A stretch of DNA of 64,000 nucleotides from Bryobacterales bacterium (lineage in GTDB: Bacteria; Acidobacteriota; Terriglobia; Bryobacterales; UBA6623). Below the pieces are notes generated by a model. It saw nothing but the letters and a program-made list of their open reading frames with translations. It did no database searches and was not told where the DNA came from. The translations under genes and the position numbers were made by a program. The stretch covers positions 3,913 through 67,912 of the forward strand of contig JAPPMC010000194.1 in NCBI GenBank assembly GCA_028819235.1, written 5' to 3'. Each line of letters begins with the position of its first letter. Positions within the stretch are counted from its first letter, which is position 1. This document shows, piece after piece, positions 9,197-18,657 of the stretch.

Positions 9197-11458
9197 TCAT
9201 CTTTGCTGCCAAGTCGCAACTTCGACCATTGCAGTATAGTGATCCTTGTTGGCCTCTTCGATCAATCGCAAGAGTTCTCTCAAGACGGTCCGTCCCTCGG
9301 CAAGTGCTGTCAGGTCATGTCCGGAATCCAGTACGCCCATGCCGTGAGAATGTGTATGCAGAAACCGTATGATTCGATGATTCCTCGACTCGCTAAGGCC
9401 CAATCTGCACAGCTTTTTCCATAACGAACCGCGTACATGAGGTTGGTGAAATTCAAGAAACGCCTCCAATACGCGTCTCGCCATATTTGGCATGAAATAA
9501 TTTCCTTCAAGTCCTCGATCTTCATCGCTCGTTGCAGCAGAATAAATGCGAGAGAACAAGTACTGGTACTCGGATCCATAGTTCCTTAGCAAGGAATCAA
9601 GCGGTTGTATAGAACTACTTCGAATACCGTTGACTCTTACTGATTCAAGTAGAAAGAATTGGGCTGGTTTTTGACCAGTTTTCCGATTGCGTTTCTTGAC
9701 ACGATGAAACCAATTACGAGTTTGCTTGAACAACGAGAAATTGTGGGTGAAAAGAAACAACTGCCCTGCAATCTCTGTTCGCTGGCGAATAAACCCAAAT
9801 GCCGAGAAGAGTGCGTTCGCATCAAGGCTCGACACAGGATCGTCCAGCACGACTATACCGTTTGAAATATTGAACCGCCGATCTTCCAGCGACTTCAAGA
9901 AGTACAACAGGGCGACTGCCGTACGCTCACCTTCACTCAAAGATCTTGCAACACGACCTCCACGTGTGAGCGAATATCCGGTCTCCTTAGTTTCCAAACT
10001 AAGATCGGAGTGGCCGAGATAACTGTGCAGATCGTCATTCAACTCTTCTGCGGGACGACGGTGCTCCAGTATTTCTAGTTCTAGCTCGTCAATTCTGTCG
10101 TCGAGACTCTTCACTAGGAGTTCCTTCTTCTCGCGCTTTGCGGTTGCATTGCTCGCAAACTCCGATAGGTGAACGAAGCTCTTCAGATTCTCCGCAACAA
10201 TGTCGTCAGCCAATTGAACCCTTGCGTCATTCACACGGTCTCCGAAGTTATCGCAAGCAGTGTTGTGTCTTTGAATTACCGAGTTGATGCGATGAATCGC
10301 CTCGTCATCCACTATTGGCGTCTTAAGATCGGAGTGTACTGCCTCGAATAGATGATTTTTCTTGGATTTCAACAGTTTAATAGACCTTTCGAGGAATTCC
10401 CGAACGATATTCAACATATTAATAAACTCTTTCTCCGCACTATCGTAGGTCGACGAAAGATCATCATAAAGCTGTGCCTCATTCGGAAGGTGTTGATCGG
10501 TCGACCCCTTGAGCACTGCGATACGTTTGATTGATCGATCGATTAATGCTATATGTTTCTTGTACGTTTCGCTAAAGTGAGCCTCTAGCTCATCTAAGCG
10601 TTGCTTTGACAGTGGTTGATCACAGAACTGGCATTGCTCAGCACTTCTCTCCTTGTGCAACGCCAAACCTTCGCGTGTCCAGTCGGAGAGCTCGGCATCG
10701 TGAGTCAATGCATTGATCGTCACGGAACTAATCGTCGTCATCAAGAGTCTTGAGACGTGTTCAACTATCGCCTCGAAATTCGGTAGAGTGTAGCTGATTT
10801 CATTGATTTTATTCTTCAATGTCGCCACTTGCCGATTCTGCAGAGCTGTCCGATCGCGCGTGGACAAGCGGCAGCTAGCAGCATTACCGTCATTGACCAT
10901 GGTCATCGCCCTATTCTTGAAGTGCGTTTTGTTGTAGTTGTTGTACTTATTCGAACCACTGGAACTCAGCATATTCTTGACTTGCCTTGCATTGTCGATA
11001 CAGAATTGGTCGATGCTCTTGACAGCACGTGTCTCTTCATCTCGTGTCGACCGAAGTTTGCTCCGTGCCTCAGACACTTGCTTCTTGAGGCCGCTGATTT
11101 GCTTCTGCGTTTTGACGCTCTCAGCGCCGAGAACTACAATAGAATCGATATGTTCACCGTGGGTTGCGAACACGTTCTCTCGAACGAAGTCTCGGTTGAA
11201 GACTCGAACATCATACTGACCTACAGCAAACTCTTTGTTTCTAACCTCACGATCGTTGATTCTTAGCGAAACCTCTCCTAAGGCTGGAATCTCACCCTGT
11301 TCAAGGCAACGAAACAGTCTGCTGATCGTTGTCTTCCCAGTTCCATTCCAGCCATATATTAGGTTATACTGACTGAACTCGTGCAAGTGTTGTGGCCAAT
11401 TGAAGTCTCGGAACACCCCAAAGTTACGTAAACGCGATATCTTCGAAATTGTGGTCAT
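9197..11458 (-). CDS. AAA_13-family ABC-type ATPase, RloC/PrrC-like putative anticodon nuclease
   Basis: 753 aa. Walker A is YGWNGTGKTT. A long coiled-coil insert carries CQFC (CxxC, as in the RloC zinc hook). ABC signature is LSEGERTAVALLYFL and Walker B/D-loop is IVVLDDPVSSLD. The C-terminal region ARRVLEAFLEF...RFLHTHSHG reproduces the R-x3-E ... H spacing of the PrrC/RloC nuclease triad. The gene is visibly AT-richer than its flanks. Confidence 0.7.
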   Translation of the reverse strand: MTTISKISRLRNFGVFRDFNWPQHLHEFSQYNLIYGWNGTGKTTISRLFRCLEQGEIPALGEVSLRINDREVRNKEFAVGQYDVRVFNRDFVRENVFATHGEHIDSIVVLGAESVKTQKQISGLKKQVSEARSKLRSTRDEETRAVKSIDQFCIDNARQVKNMLSSSGSNKYNNYNKTHFKNRAMTMVNDGNAASCRLSTRDRTALQNRQVATLKNKINEISYTLPNFEAIVEHVSRLLMTTISSVTINALTHDAELSDWTREGLALHKERSAEQCQFCDQPLSKQRLDELEAHFSETYKKHIALIDRSIKRIAVLKGSTDQHLPNEAQLYDDLSSTYDSAEKEFINMLNIVREFLERSIKLLKSKKNHLFEAVHSDLKTPIVDDEAIHRINSVIQRHNTACDNFGDRVNDARVQLADDIVAENLKSFVHLSEFASNATAKREKKELLVKSLDDRIDELELEILEHRRPAEELNDDLHSYLGHSDLSLETKETGYSLTRGGRVARSLSEGERTAVALLYFLKSLEDRRFNISNGIVVLDDPVSSLDANALFSAFGFIRQRTEIAGQLFLFTHNFSLFKQTRNWFHRVKKRNRKTGQKPAQFFLLESVRVNGIRSSSIQPLDSLLRNYGSEYQYLFSRIYSAATSDEDRGLEGNYFMPNMARRVLEAFLEFHQPHVRGSLWKKLCRLGLSESRNHRIIRFLHTHSHGMGVLDSGHDLTALAEGRTVLRELLRLIEEANKDHYTAMVEVATWQQR

Positions 11459-11639
11459 GTCAATTCCGGGAGAATGCGGGTGCGAAACTCGAAGTCCCTA
11501 TTGTCAGGACCGAACTGAGACCAATGCAATGTGGGCGCTGCAGAAAGTAGGACAGCCGTCTTCTCAGACCAGAAGTCAAGATCACAAAGCCGGGTCGATC
11601 CCTAGGACACAGTGACACTCCAGAATACTGAGGTCAGCA

Positions 11640-12015
11640 CGACAGCCCTATAGCTGGAAAGAATGCTATGCACTGCACAGGACGAATATAACATTTCAGC
11701 CCAAGCGAGTACAAGGAATTGTGCCGGAGGAGAAACAGAGTTCCGGGCAACGAACATGGCGGAAGGTGCCTCTGGGCCCAATCTTGCGTATTCGTGACGA
11801 GTAGCGAGCCTGCCCCCGTCTTTGCGTCTGACCGAGATGGAACCTGTTGGCTGTGCCCTAGTGAGAGCATTCGATGCGAGGAGTCTCTCAGAAGCGTTCC
11901 GCCTTCTAACCGTCCGCTTGAATCATCGGAGACAACCGTCCATTCCCTGACGCACGGCAGCCTTGGCGTCGGCACTGTGAACCGGTTGCTCCATGTAGAT
12001 CGCGACGCCCTTCAC
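11640..12015 (-). pseudogene. Possible decayed remnant of a DUF4276-like partner gene downstream of the AAA_21-like ATPase
   Basis: A GTG at 12013-12015 overlaps the ATPase stop (GTGA) and opens VKGVAIYMEQPVHSADAKAAVRQGMDGCLR*, ending at the stop at 11923. From memory, DUF4276 N-termini look like x-I-Y-V-E-G-G-G-D-S...L...CR-x-GF. A shifted frame further on reads GSLLVTNTQDWAQRHL (compare LLVDSE...W.HL). This is tentative. Confidence 0.25.
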
Positions 12016-13192
12016 GGGTTTGCCCCTAGCTCTCCCATCCGCCAAACGTCCCCGAGACGGTAGTCGTAAAGCCACCCGGCCAGCCGCTGTGGATCCAAAC
12101 GTCGTAGCTTCGTCGATGCGCCGGGTCGCTCACAAATGACGATAACGGCTGGCAGATCGGTCAATGCGGAAACCAGGGCATCGGAGTGCGTGGTCACCAA
12201 TAGTTGCGTCCGGTGTGATGCCTCGACGAAGATCTCGGCCAACAGCGGCAAGGCATCCGGGTGAAGCCCCAGTTCCGGATTCTCAATGCAGAGCAGAGGT
12301 GGCGGTGCAGGCGAGAGCAGAGCCGCCAGCAGTGCCACGAACCTCTTCGTGCCGTCCGAGAGGCGGGTCGCGGGGATGGGCGCTTTGAAGCCGTGCTCGA
12401 AGAAACAGAGCTGCGCCGAGCCACCGCAAACTCGGATGGACATGCGTTCGAACCTAGGAAAGAACTGCTTCAGCAGGGTATTGACACGTTCTTCGCCCGA
12501 GTGCCTCATCTGGTTGAGAACCATGTTCAGATTGCTGCCATCCGGAAGCAGCCGGTCTTCGGGAAGGTCAGCTCTCTGCGGATCGCGGGTAGGTGTGTGA
12601 CGCCCGACGGTCCACTCGTCAAACATCAGGATGCTGGAGAACGTCTGCCGGATCTCGGTGACCTCTGGATGCTGATCCAGATCCTTGCGCTGCGCGAGTA
12701 CGGACTGATCTGATGGCAGGGTTTGCCGCTCAATAGCTCTCTCATGCCTTTCGGCTCCAACGGTCCGTACGCTGGTGACTGGGTGTCCGCGATGGTGGTG
12801 GCAGTAGAGACAGGCGCCATCAACGTCGTCGCGGCTCGGGCCTCGTTCGGCCTCCTCAACCACTTCGTCGAGGATTTCCAACCGTCTGTGAACAGACGCA
12901 AAGCTCAGTCGGTACCTAATGAATTGGCCGTTGTTGCGTTCCAAGACGGTCTCGATCTCGGCGGAGTCCGCTGGGGGGTGCCCTTCCACAGCCACTCAAG
13001 GGATCCGCCTCCCTTCCGTACAGCCGCATCTAAGTCGTTCGGAGTCGCCGCCAGCAGGCCGAACGCCTCGAGCAGATTCGACTTCCCCGCTGCGTTCGGG
13101 CCGATCAGCACATTCAATGACCGCAACTCGAACGGGTCGGATCCCGGTGCAAATGACAGGAAACCGTCAAGACGGATTGATCGGAACCTCAT
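12012..13192 (-). pseudogene. AAA_21/AAA_15-type (RecF/SMC-like) ATPase, reading frame broken in a C6 tract
   Basis: N-terminal frame (from ATG 13192): MRFRSIRLDGFLSF...LNVLIGPNAAGKSNLLEA (Walker A)...SLEWLWKG. The C-terminal frame (ORF 12012-12995) continues ADSAEIETVLE...ATRLSDGTKRFVALLAALLSP (signature-like)...PLLCIENPELGLHPD (Walker B)...LVTTHSD. The frames switch at G6 on the plus strand (C6 coding), 12973-12978. One extra C would join them into about 393 aa. Confidence 0.8.
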
Positions 13193-13328
13193 CGAAGTGC
13201 TCCCCTCGTCGTTTACCGCACCCATGCCGCCGCGGCGCAGTCATCCGTGTCCTGCAGCGGTATGCGTCCTTCGCCATGCACCCCAGGATTCCTGATCCCG
13301 AGAGTTGCCGACCATGTGCAATTCGCTC

Positions 13329-16300
13329 CTATTCCAGGATCACGGGGCCTGTGCGGACTGCGGCCATGAGCTGCCTCTCGTGTTCGGCGAGCCACTTCCG
13401 TACGGCCTTCTCGTCGTCTAATGTCCCTCGCCTCAAACGGACGAGTTTAACTCTGCCATCTGGGCCGGGCCCCCTCTTTGCAGCCTCGGCCAACGCCCTG
13501 CTCTCGCGAACCGGTACGGCGTCGATTTGGGACCGCCACGCGGCCAGCCCGCGCACGTTGAGTTCCGCCCGGAGATTCTCGTTCGTCCCTACTCGAAGCT
13601 CCCGAGGCGAGGTGAGACCAACCTTCCGCAGAATCCCTGCCTGATCACGGGCACTTACCTTCCGCCAAGTGGAATCGTTAGCGAGCCGTTCGGTCGCGGT
13701 CTTCACAGTGGACGCCAGCTGGTCGTGCAATTTGCTGAGCTCCTGTCGCAGAGCATTTGCTAAGCGAGTCACGCATGGCCGAACGTGGTTGGTGTCGTCG
13801 AGCAGAGAGCGCTGGTTTCGGATAGCGGATAGCTGTTCGCCAACCTCCGCGGCGACCTTCGTGAGATCTCCCTCGGCATGTCTGTGGAGCCTGTTGGCCA
13901 ACTCCCAGACCTGCACGCGGTTTCTGGCGCGCTCACCGAGCCTCTTCCAATCCTCCACTGACTGCTCAAGCCGCTCTCTTTCCTTGAGAATCTCGGCCAA
14001 TTGCTCATTCCCCGCCAACCCGGACAGGTCCATGAGGAACGTCGTCTCCGGCACGGGCGGCAACGGGGAATTCCCGCCGGCACTGTGTGCCAGTTCACGG
14101 CAGGCCTTTAGGAAGTCGGGTGCCTTCGCGGCTTCCTCGCCGCGCCTGACCGAGAGACGTGCAAGGTCCCTGAAGAGCCCACGGATCCGGAGCCGTTGTG
14201 GGGTCGTCAGCCGAACCTTCTCGGGAAGGAAGTGGGCCGTGCGGATTGTCTGCTGCGTTAGGTGTCCCGCCCGCACGGGCAAACCATTGCGCTCCGCCTT
14301 GAGGTGGTCATCCTTGACCAACCCCGCGAGCGAGGCGTGGATCGCATCTTGGGGCCATCCGTAGGGGACGGTGGTCAGCGCGTCCTGCACCTGCTTCCCT
14401 CTGGTTCCCGCTCCGACCTTCAGCAGCACTTCCTTCGCGACCGGATGGTCCGTCAAATCCCCTTCCCACCCGACCACGTCGAAGGGCGTTCCAGCCCCTT
14501 CCCGGATGCGCTTGAAAGCGGTGGCCCATCGCCGATGGTCGCCTTCGCCGAATCGCGGGAAGAGCCGCGCGAGCGACGACTTAGCACCGGACGAGACTTT
14601 CGAACCCAAACTTTCGCCGTACTCCTCCCCGCCTCCACCCCGGAAAACCCGGGCCGCACGCACGATCTCTTCGACGATCCGGTCCATCGCGGCCTCGGCA
14701 CTCTCGAGACGACTGCGCATGCCCTCCATCGCAACCTGCCCTTCCTGCGAAGCGGGCACGCCACGCGATTCCAGCACCTTCCGGGCAGCCTCAGCGCTCT
14801 CGATGTGGCCGCGAAGGTCCTGGGCACCGCGCTTCGGCAGGTAGACATGCAGGAGGGCGTCTTCCAGTCCACGCTTGCTCGCCTCGGCGAGAACTGTCGC
14901 CACAGTGCACGACCATCCATCGCGCACCCAGACACAGACGGAATCGTCGGCACACCGGCGCTGCTCCCCTGCGTCCGGCTTGTCCATGCCGAAGTGCGGT
15001 GTCAGCGTGCGCGGCACCTTAGACTCTCCTTGAAGGAGGCGAATTCCCCTGAGTTCCCGCAGAACGGCACTGCTCACCGCGTTGTCAAGACGCGATGCAA
15101 TCTCCACCTCGCTCCGTCGCAGCCGTGTCCGTTCCTCCCGAAACGCCCTCTCCCACTCGGCGCCTTCTCGCGTCTGGATGCGATACTCGTCGCCAATCTT
15201 CATCAGGACGCCTTCGTCGCCGAGCGCCTCCAGCGTCCGCGCGACTCCGTTTCGGAATCTCCCAGAATCCAACCTGATGTCGGCTAGGAGAAGATCGGCC
15301 AGCGTGGTCGCATCGGCGCGCACGCCGCTGTCCGCTCCCCCCTCCCGGGGCAGCTTGCCGATCAGAAAGACCACACCGCAGAGGTCAGCCTTCAACCTGC
15401 CGCCCTCTGTGCCATCGTCGAGCTTCCGGATCCGGGTGTTGATCTCATTCAGCAATACGCTAGAACCGACCAGATCCTGGGCCAAGGCGCGGAATAGGTC
15501 GCTCGCGGGAATCACGCAGCCGACCGGTCGTTTGGCTATCCCGTGCAACGAATCGTGAAGGATGCGGAGTTGCGACCGAAGCTGACTCCTGGTACCGGAC
15601 GGGTCGGTGGTCTGAAAGCACGCCTCCCAAAAGCGCCGACGGGTGCGCAGGAGGGGATAGTCCCCCACATCAAGCCGTTTGTCCTCCGCTCTCACGGCGA
15701 GCCGAGTGGCTTGCAGGTGACGCGACACTTCTCCCGCGTGCCGCTCGAGTATGCCGTGGACCGCCGGCGCGGCAGACGGCTTCTTCCTTAGCAGCACGTC
15801 ACGCGTCACGGCTTCGACCTCGGCGTCGGCGAGCTGCACGGTGACACGGAAACGATCCGTGAGCCACGCAAGCGCAGCGTTACCGCCCGCTAGCGCTGAC
15901 TGGCCCGACGCAACCAGCAGCACCCGGCTGTCCAACTGCGATTGCAACGCTTCGGCGAGCTCCGTCACGATCTGCGCGCGGTCTCCGGCTTCGTTGATGT
16001 ACTGCTGAACTTCGTCGAGCACGACGACAGTGGGCGGAATCGGTCCGCCGTCGGGAGCCAATACCTCCCTAGCCGTATCAATGAACTGCTTTGTGCTGAG
16101 GTCGGACTTCAGTAGCGGAAACTGCTGCACAAGAAGTTGCCGCGCTCTGATCACATCCGCCGCGAATCCAGGTACGGCCGTCAGCACTGCCTCCGCGATC
16201 ACCGGGCTGACGTAGAGGTTGTTCAGCTCACCCTCCCACGACTTGCCGGCCTCTTCGACGCTGCCACGCACATCGTCCAGCAGCCCTTCGCCGCGCAACC

Positions 16301-16823
16301 AGAGGCAGAACCGTGCCTGCGCGTACTGTTCGGGGAGTCCGGCAGCCCGGAGCACGATCGAGAGCACAGACAGGCGCACATGGCCTACGTTGCCTCCAAG
16401 AAGCGATCCTGCGGCAGCCACTGGTTTGCAGCCGAGCCGCCGACACCGCATGTCGAGTTCTCGTAACGCGTCGCGAACGGTCGTAGGAAGTCGGTCGGCT
16501 ACGAGGCCACGCGCCGTCTGGCCGTCATCGAACGGGGTATTCACCCAGAGATGCGCGAGCATCTTCAGAAGGTGCGACTTTCCGCTACCGAAGAAGCCGC
16601 TTACCCAGACGGCGTCTTGGCGTGAAGATTCGAAGTTTGTGAGATATCGCTCTAGGATCCGCTCTAGGGCGTCTGCGAACTGGCCCTTGCAGACGAAGGT
16701 CTCCAGTTCGGCGCGCAGCTCCTGCATGACCCGCTCGTCCCGCCCGTGAGTGATCCGGGCTTGGCCGTTGTTCGCAAGGCTGGTAGACAACGGGTCGCGA
16801 TCAAGAACCTCGTGAATCTTCAT
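13329..16823 (-). CDS. brxC: BREX P-loop ATPase BrxC/PglY
   Basis: About 1165 aa. P-loop GFFGSGKSHLLKML lies about 85 aa from the N-terminus, and size and position are typical of BrxC. I chose ATG 16823 (MKIHEVLDRDPL), 5 nt after the brxB stop; the alternative is ATG 16841. Confidence 0.9.
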   Translation of the reverse strand: MKIHEVLDRDPLSTSLANNGQARITHGRDERVMQELRAELETFVCKGQFADALERILERYLTNFESSRQDAVWVSGFFGSGKSHLLKMLAHLWVNTPFDDGQTARGLVADRLPTTVRDALRELDMRCRRLGCKPVAAAGSLLGGNVGHVRLSVLSIVLRAAGLPEQYAQARFCLWLRGEGLLDDVRGSVEEAGKSWEGELNNLYVSPVIAEAVLTAVPGFAADVIRARQLLVQQFPLLKSDLSTKQFIDTAREVLAPDGGPIPPTVVVLDEVQQYINEAGDRAQIVTELAEALQSQLDSRVLLVASGQSALAGGNAALAWLTDRFRVTVQLADAEVEAVTRDVLLRKKPSAAPAVHGILERHAGEVSRHLQATRLAVRAEDKRLDVGDYPLLRTRRRFWEACFQTTDPSGTRSQLRSQLRILHDSLHGIAKRPVGCVIPASDLFRALAQDLVGSSVLLNEINTRIRKLDDGTEGGRLKADLCGVVFLIGKLPREGGADSGVRADATTLADLLLADIRLDSGRFRNGVARTLEALGDEGVLMKIGDEYRIQTREGAEWERAFREERTRLRRSEVEIASRLDNAVSSAVLRELRGIRLLQGESKVPRTLTPHFGMDKPDAGEQRRCADDSVCVWVRDGWSCTVATVLAEASKRGLEDALLHVYLPKRGAQDLRGHIESAEAARKVLESRGVPASQEGQVAMEGMRSRLESAEAAMDRIVEEIVRAARVFRGGGGEEYGESLGSKVSSGAKSSLARLFPRFGEGDHRRWATAFKRIREGAGTPFDVVGWEGDLTDHPVAKEVLLKVGAGTRGKQVQDALTTVPYGWPQDAIHASLAGLVKDDHLKAERNGLPVRAGHLTQQTIRTAHFLPEKVRLTTPQRLRIRGLFRDLARLSVRRGEEAAKAPDFLKACRELAHSAGGNSPLPPVPETTFLMDLSGLAGNEQLAEILKERERLEQSVEDWKRLGERARNRVQVWELANRLHRHAEGDLTKVAAEVGEQLSAIRNQRSLLDDTNHVRPCVTRLANALRQELSKLHDQLASTVKTATERLANDSTWRKVSARDQAGILRKVGLTSPRELRVGTNENLRAELNVRGLAAWRSQIDAVPVRESRALAEAAKRGPGPDGRVKLVRLRRGTLDDEKAVRKWLAEHERQLMAAVRTGPVILE

Positions 16824-16828
16824 GCTTG

Positions 16829-17383
16829 TCAAGGAATCCACTCCCCATGTAGCGTGATAGGCTGCGCCAAGTAGCTCCAGCCATCCCGCGCATCCAGAAG
16901 CCGGTAGTTGTTGTCGTTCTTCGTGCCCGGAAAGAACACGGCCAGACGGCCGCGGATCTGGGACTCGACCGATTGAATGAGGTCAGAGACGTGAATGAAC
17001 CCATAGAGGGAGGCCGTGCCGAATAGAGCCACTACGGAGTTGTCATCCGCGATGTCGAGCGCATCCTTGAGCCGCTCCGCCGCGAACTCACGGAAATCGC
17101 TCTGAAGCGCGCCTTCGAGCAGCTCGGGCTCCTCAAAGTACGCGTCCCGGTACTCGTGGCTCCCCATCCACTCGGCGAACCAGCGGGTGGCGTCTGCTTG
17201 CACCCACCCATGCCCTTCGTCGCGCGTCGCCTGCTCGAACTCTTCGATCCGAGCACGCAGGTCGCGCTCGCGTTCCTTCTTGTAGACCACCATCATCACC
17301 CGCTCCGCTCCCGCAAGAGTGGGCGGCCAAGGGGCACCTATGTGATGCCTATAGATTCTTGACAGTTCGCTGACTTGATTCAA
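16829..17383 (-). CDS. brxB: BREX protein BrxB (DUF1788)
   Basis: DUF1788-like sequence: ...IGAPWPPTLAGAERVMMVVYKKERERDLRARIEEFEQATRDEGHGW ... FFPGTKNDNNYRLLDARDGWSYLAQPI. The likely TTG start at 17383 overlaps the brxA stop as TTGA; the longer ORF to 17473 overlaps brxA. Confidence 0.85.
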   Translation of the reverse strand: MNQVSELSRIYRHHIGAPWPPTLAGAERVMMVVYKKERERDLRARIEEFEQATRDEGHGWVQADATRWFAEWMGSHEYRDAYFEEPELLEGALQSDFREFAAERLKDALDIADDNSVVALFGTASLYGFIHVSDLIQSVESQIRGRLAVFFPGTKNDNNYRLLDARDGWSYLAQPITLHGEWIP

Positions 17384-18300
17384 GGTTGGAATTCCGGATC
17401 CAAGGCTAGCGCGGACGCTTCGACCACGTTTCCGGCGGCACGAAGGCGTATTAGTCCCAATCGGCTGGCGCAAGTCGCGTAGTCGAGCATCGCGCCTCCG
17501 CGTACATCGAGCACTGCCGCCCAGCGCGAGTCGATCAGGCGATGGCCCGCCAGCCCCTCCGCCTCACCCAGCCAGAGTGCCAGCGAGACCGCCGCCGGGG
17601 TCGGCGAGATCAAGCGCCGGAACTTGCGCATTCGGCCTTCGAGGTGGCCCGACTGCGTCCACGAAGTCGCAGCATTGATCGCTATCTTGTTGAGCGTGGC
17701 GTCGTTGAAGCGCGGACCCGTCTGATCCCGGATCCAATTAGCGAGCTCCGTCCGCACGAGTTCCTCCCCGATCGACAGCGCCAGCACGGGCCCCGCCGTT
17801 AGCCGGAGAAGCGGATCGCGGGCAAGCGCCGTGAGGATTCCCAGCAGGGCGCGGCCGCCGGAATCCGCAGGCTCGAACGCCCACAGGCGTCGCAGCACAC
17901 GGAAGAGGGGCACTTCGGGATCAAGCGCATAGAGCTGAGTCAAACACTGACCGGTGGTCAGCCGCGTGCTGCGGGTCGACTTTGCAAGGAGGTTCTCCTG
18001 TACGATCGCGGTCCTGTAGTCGGCGCGGGACGCGCTCGCAGGGAGCGCGTCGAGGAGCTCTGAGAGCTCCCGCAGCATGATGGACCTTGAACTCTGGGTA
18101 CCACGCGCGCCGAAACGGAAGCCTGCGCGTTCGAGAGCCGCAGTGCGGCGAACGGACAAATCGGCAGCGGACCCGAGGCTCAATCTCCCGCTCACCCCCT
18201 GCCGAAAGCCGACCTCCGGGGATCCGGTAGGCCCCGCCGTTCGCCGGTCCGCGGGGCGAAGAGAGTCGGCTGAATGTCCCTCTTGGGCGATTCCGGTCAT
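17380..18300 (-). CDS. brxA: BREX protein BrxA (DUF1819)
   Basis: The core MLRELSELLDALPASASRADYRTAIVQENLLAKSTRSTR resembles BrxA (MLRET...IVEENLLQKRS). It is the first gene of the brxABC block. The true start is probably internal, because the ORF has a roughly 60-75-aa Arg/Gly-rich N-terminal extension. Confidence 0.75.
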   Translation of the reverse strand: MTGIAQEGHSADSLRPADRRTAGPTGSPEVGFRQGVSGRLSLGSAADLSVRRTAALERAGFRFGARGTQSSRSIMLRELSELLDALPASASRADYRTAIVQENLLAKSTRSTRLTTGQCLTQLYALDPEVPLFRVLRRLWAFEPADSGGRALLGILTALARDPLLRLTAGPVLALSIGEELVRTELANWIRDQTGPRFNDATLNKIAINAATSWTQSGHLEGRMRKFRRLISPTPAAVSLALWLGEAEGLAGHRLIDSRWAAVLDVRGGAMLDYATCASRLGLIRLRAAGNVVEASALALDPEFQP

Positions 18301-18657
18301 GCGAGCACAGATGAGGCCGCCCCCCGTTCAATACGAGGAAGAGCGCGGAGGGAATAATACCAATCTGGCAGCCCCGGACGGGACCAGCGCTTGAATGCAG
18401 ATCGGGGCTGCGGTTGAGGCAAGGCAGGGCGGGCATGCAGGACAGCAGAGTCAGAGGATCTGCGCAGCCGGCGCGAACGCGCCCTCACACAAATCGCAGA
18501 TCGGACCCGCTGAGCATGATGTCTTGGCTGGCGAACGGCCGATTGATGGTGTCGAGTATCGCCGTAGCGGCGATCGCCATTCCGACGATTTCCCAATACG
18601 ATCCGCCGAAGTCTGGTTCGGGCTGTTGATCCCCAATCGCGCCGAATGCGCCAAACT

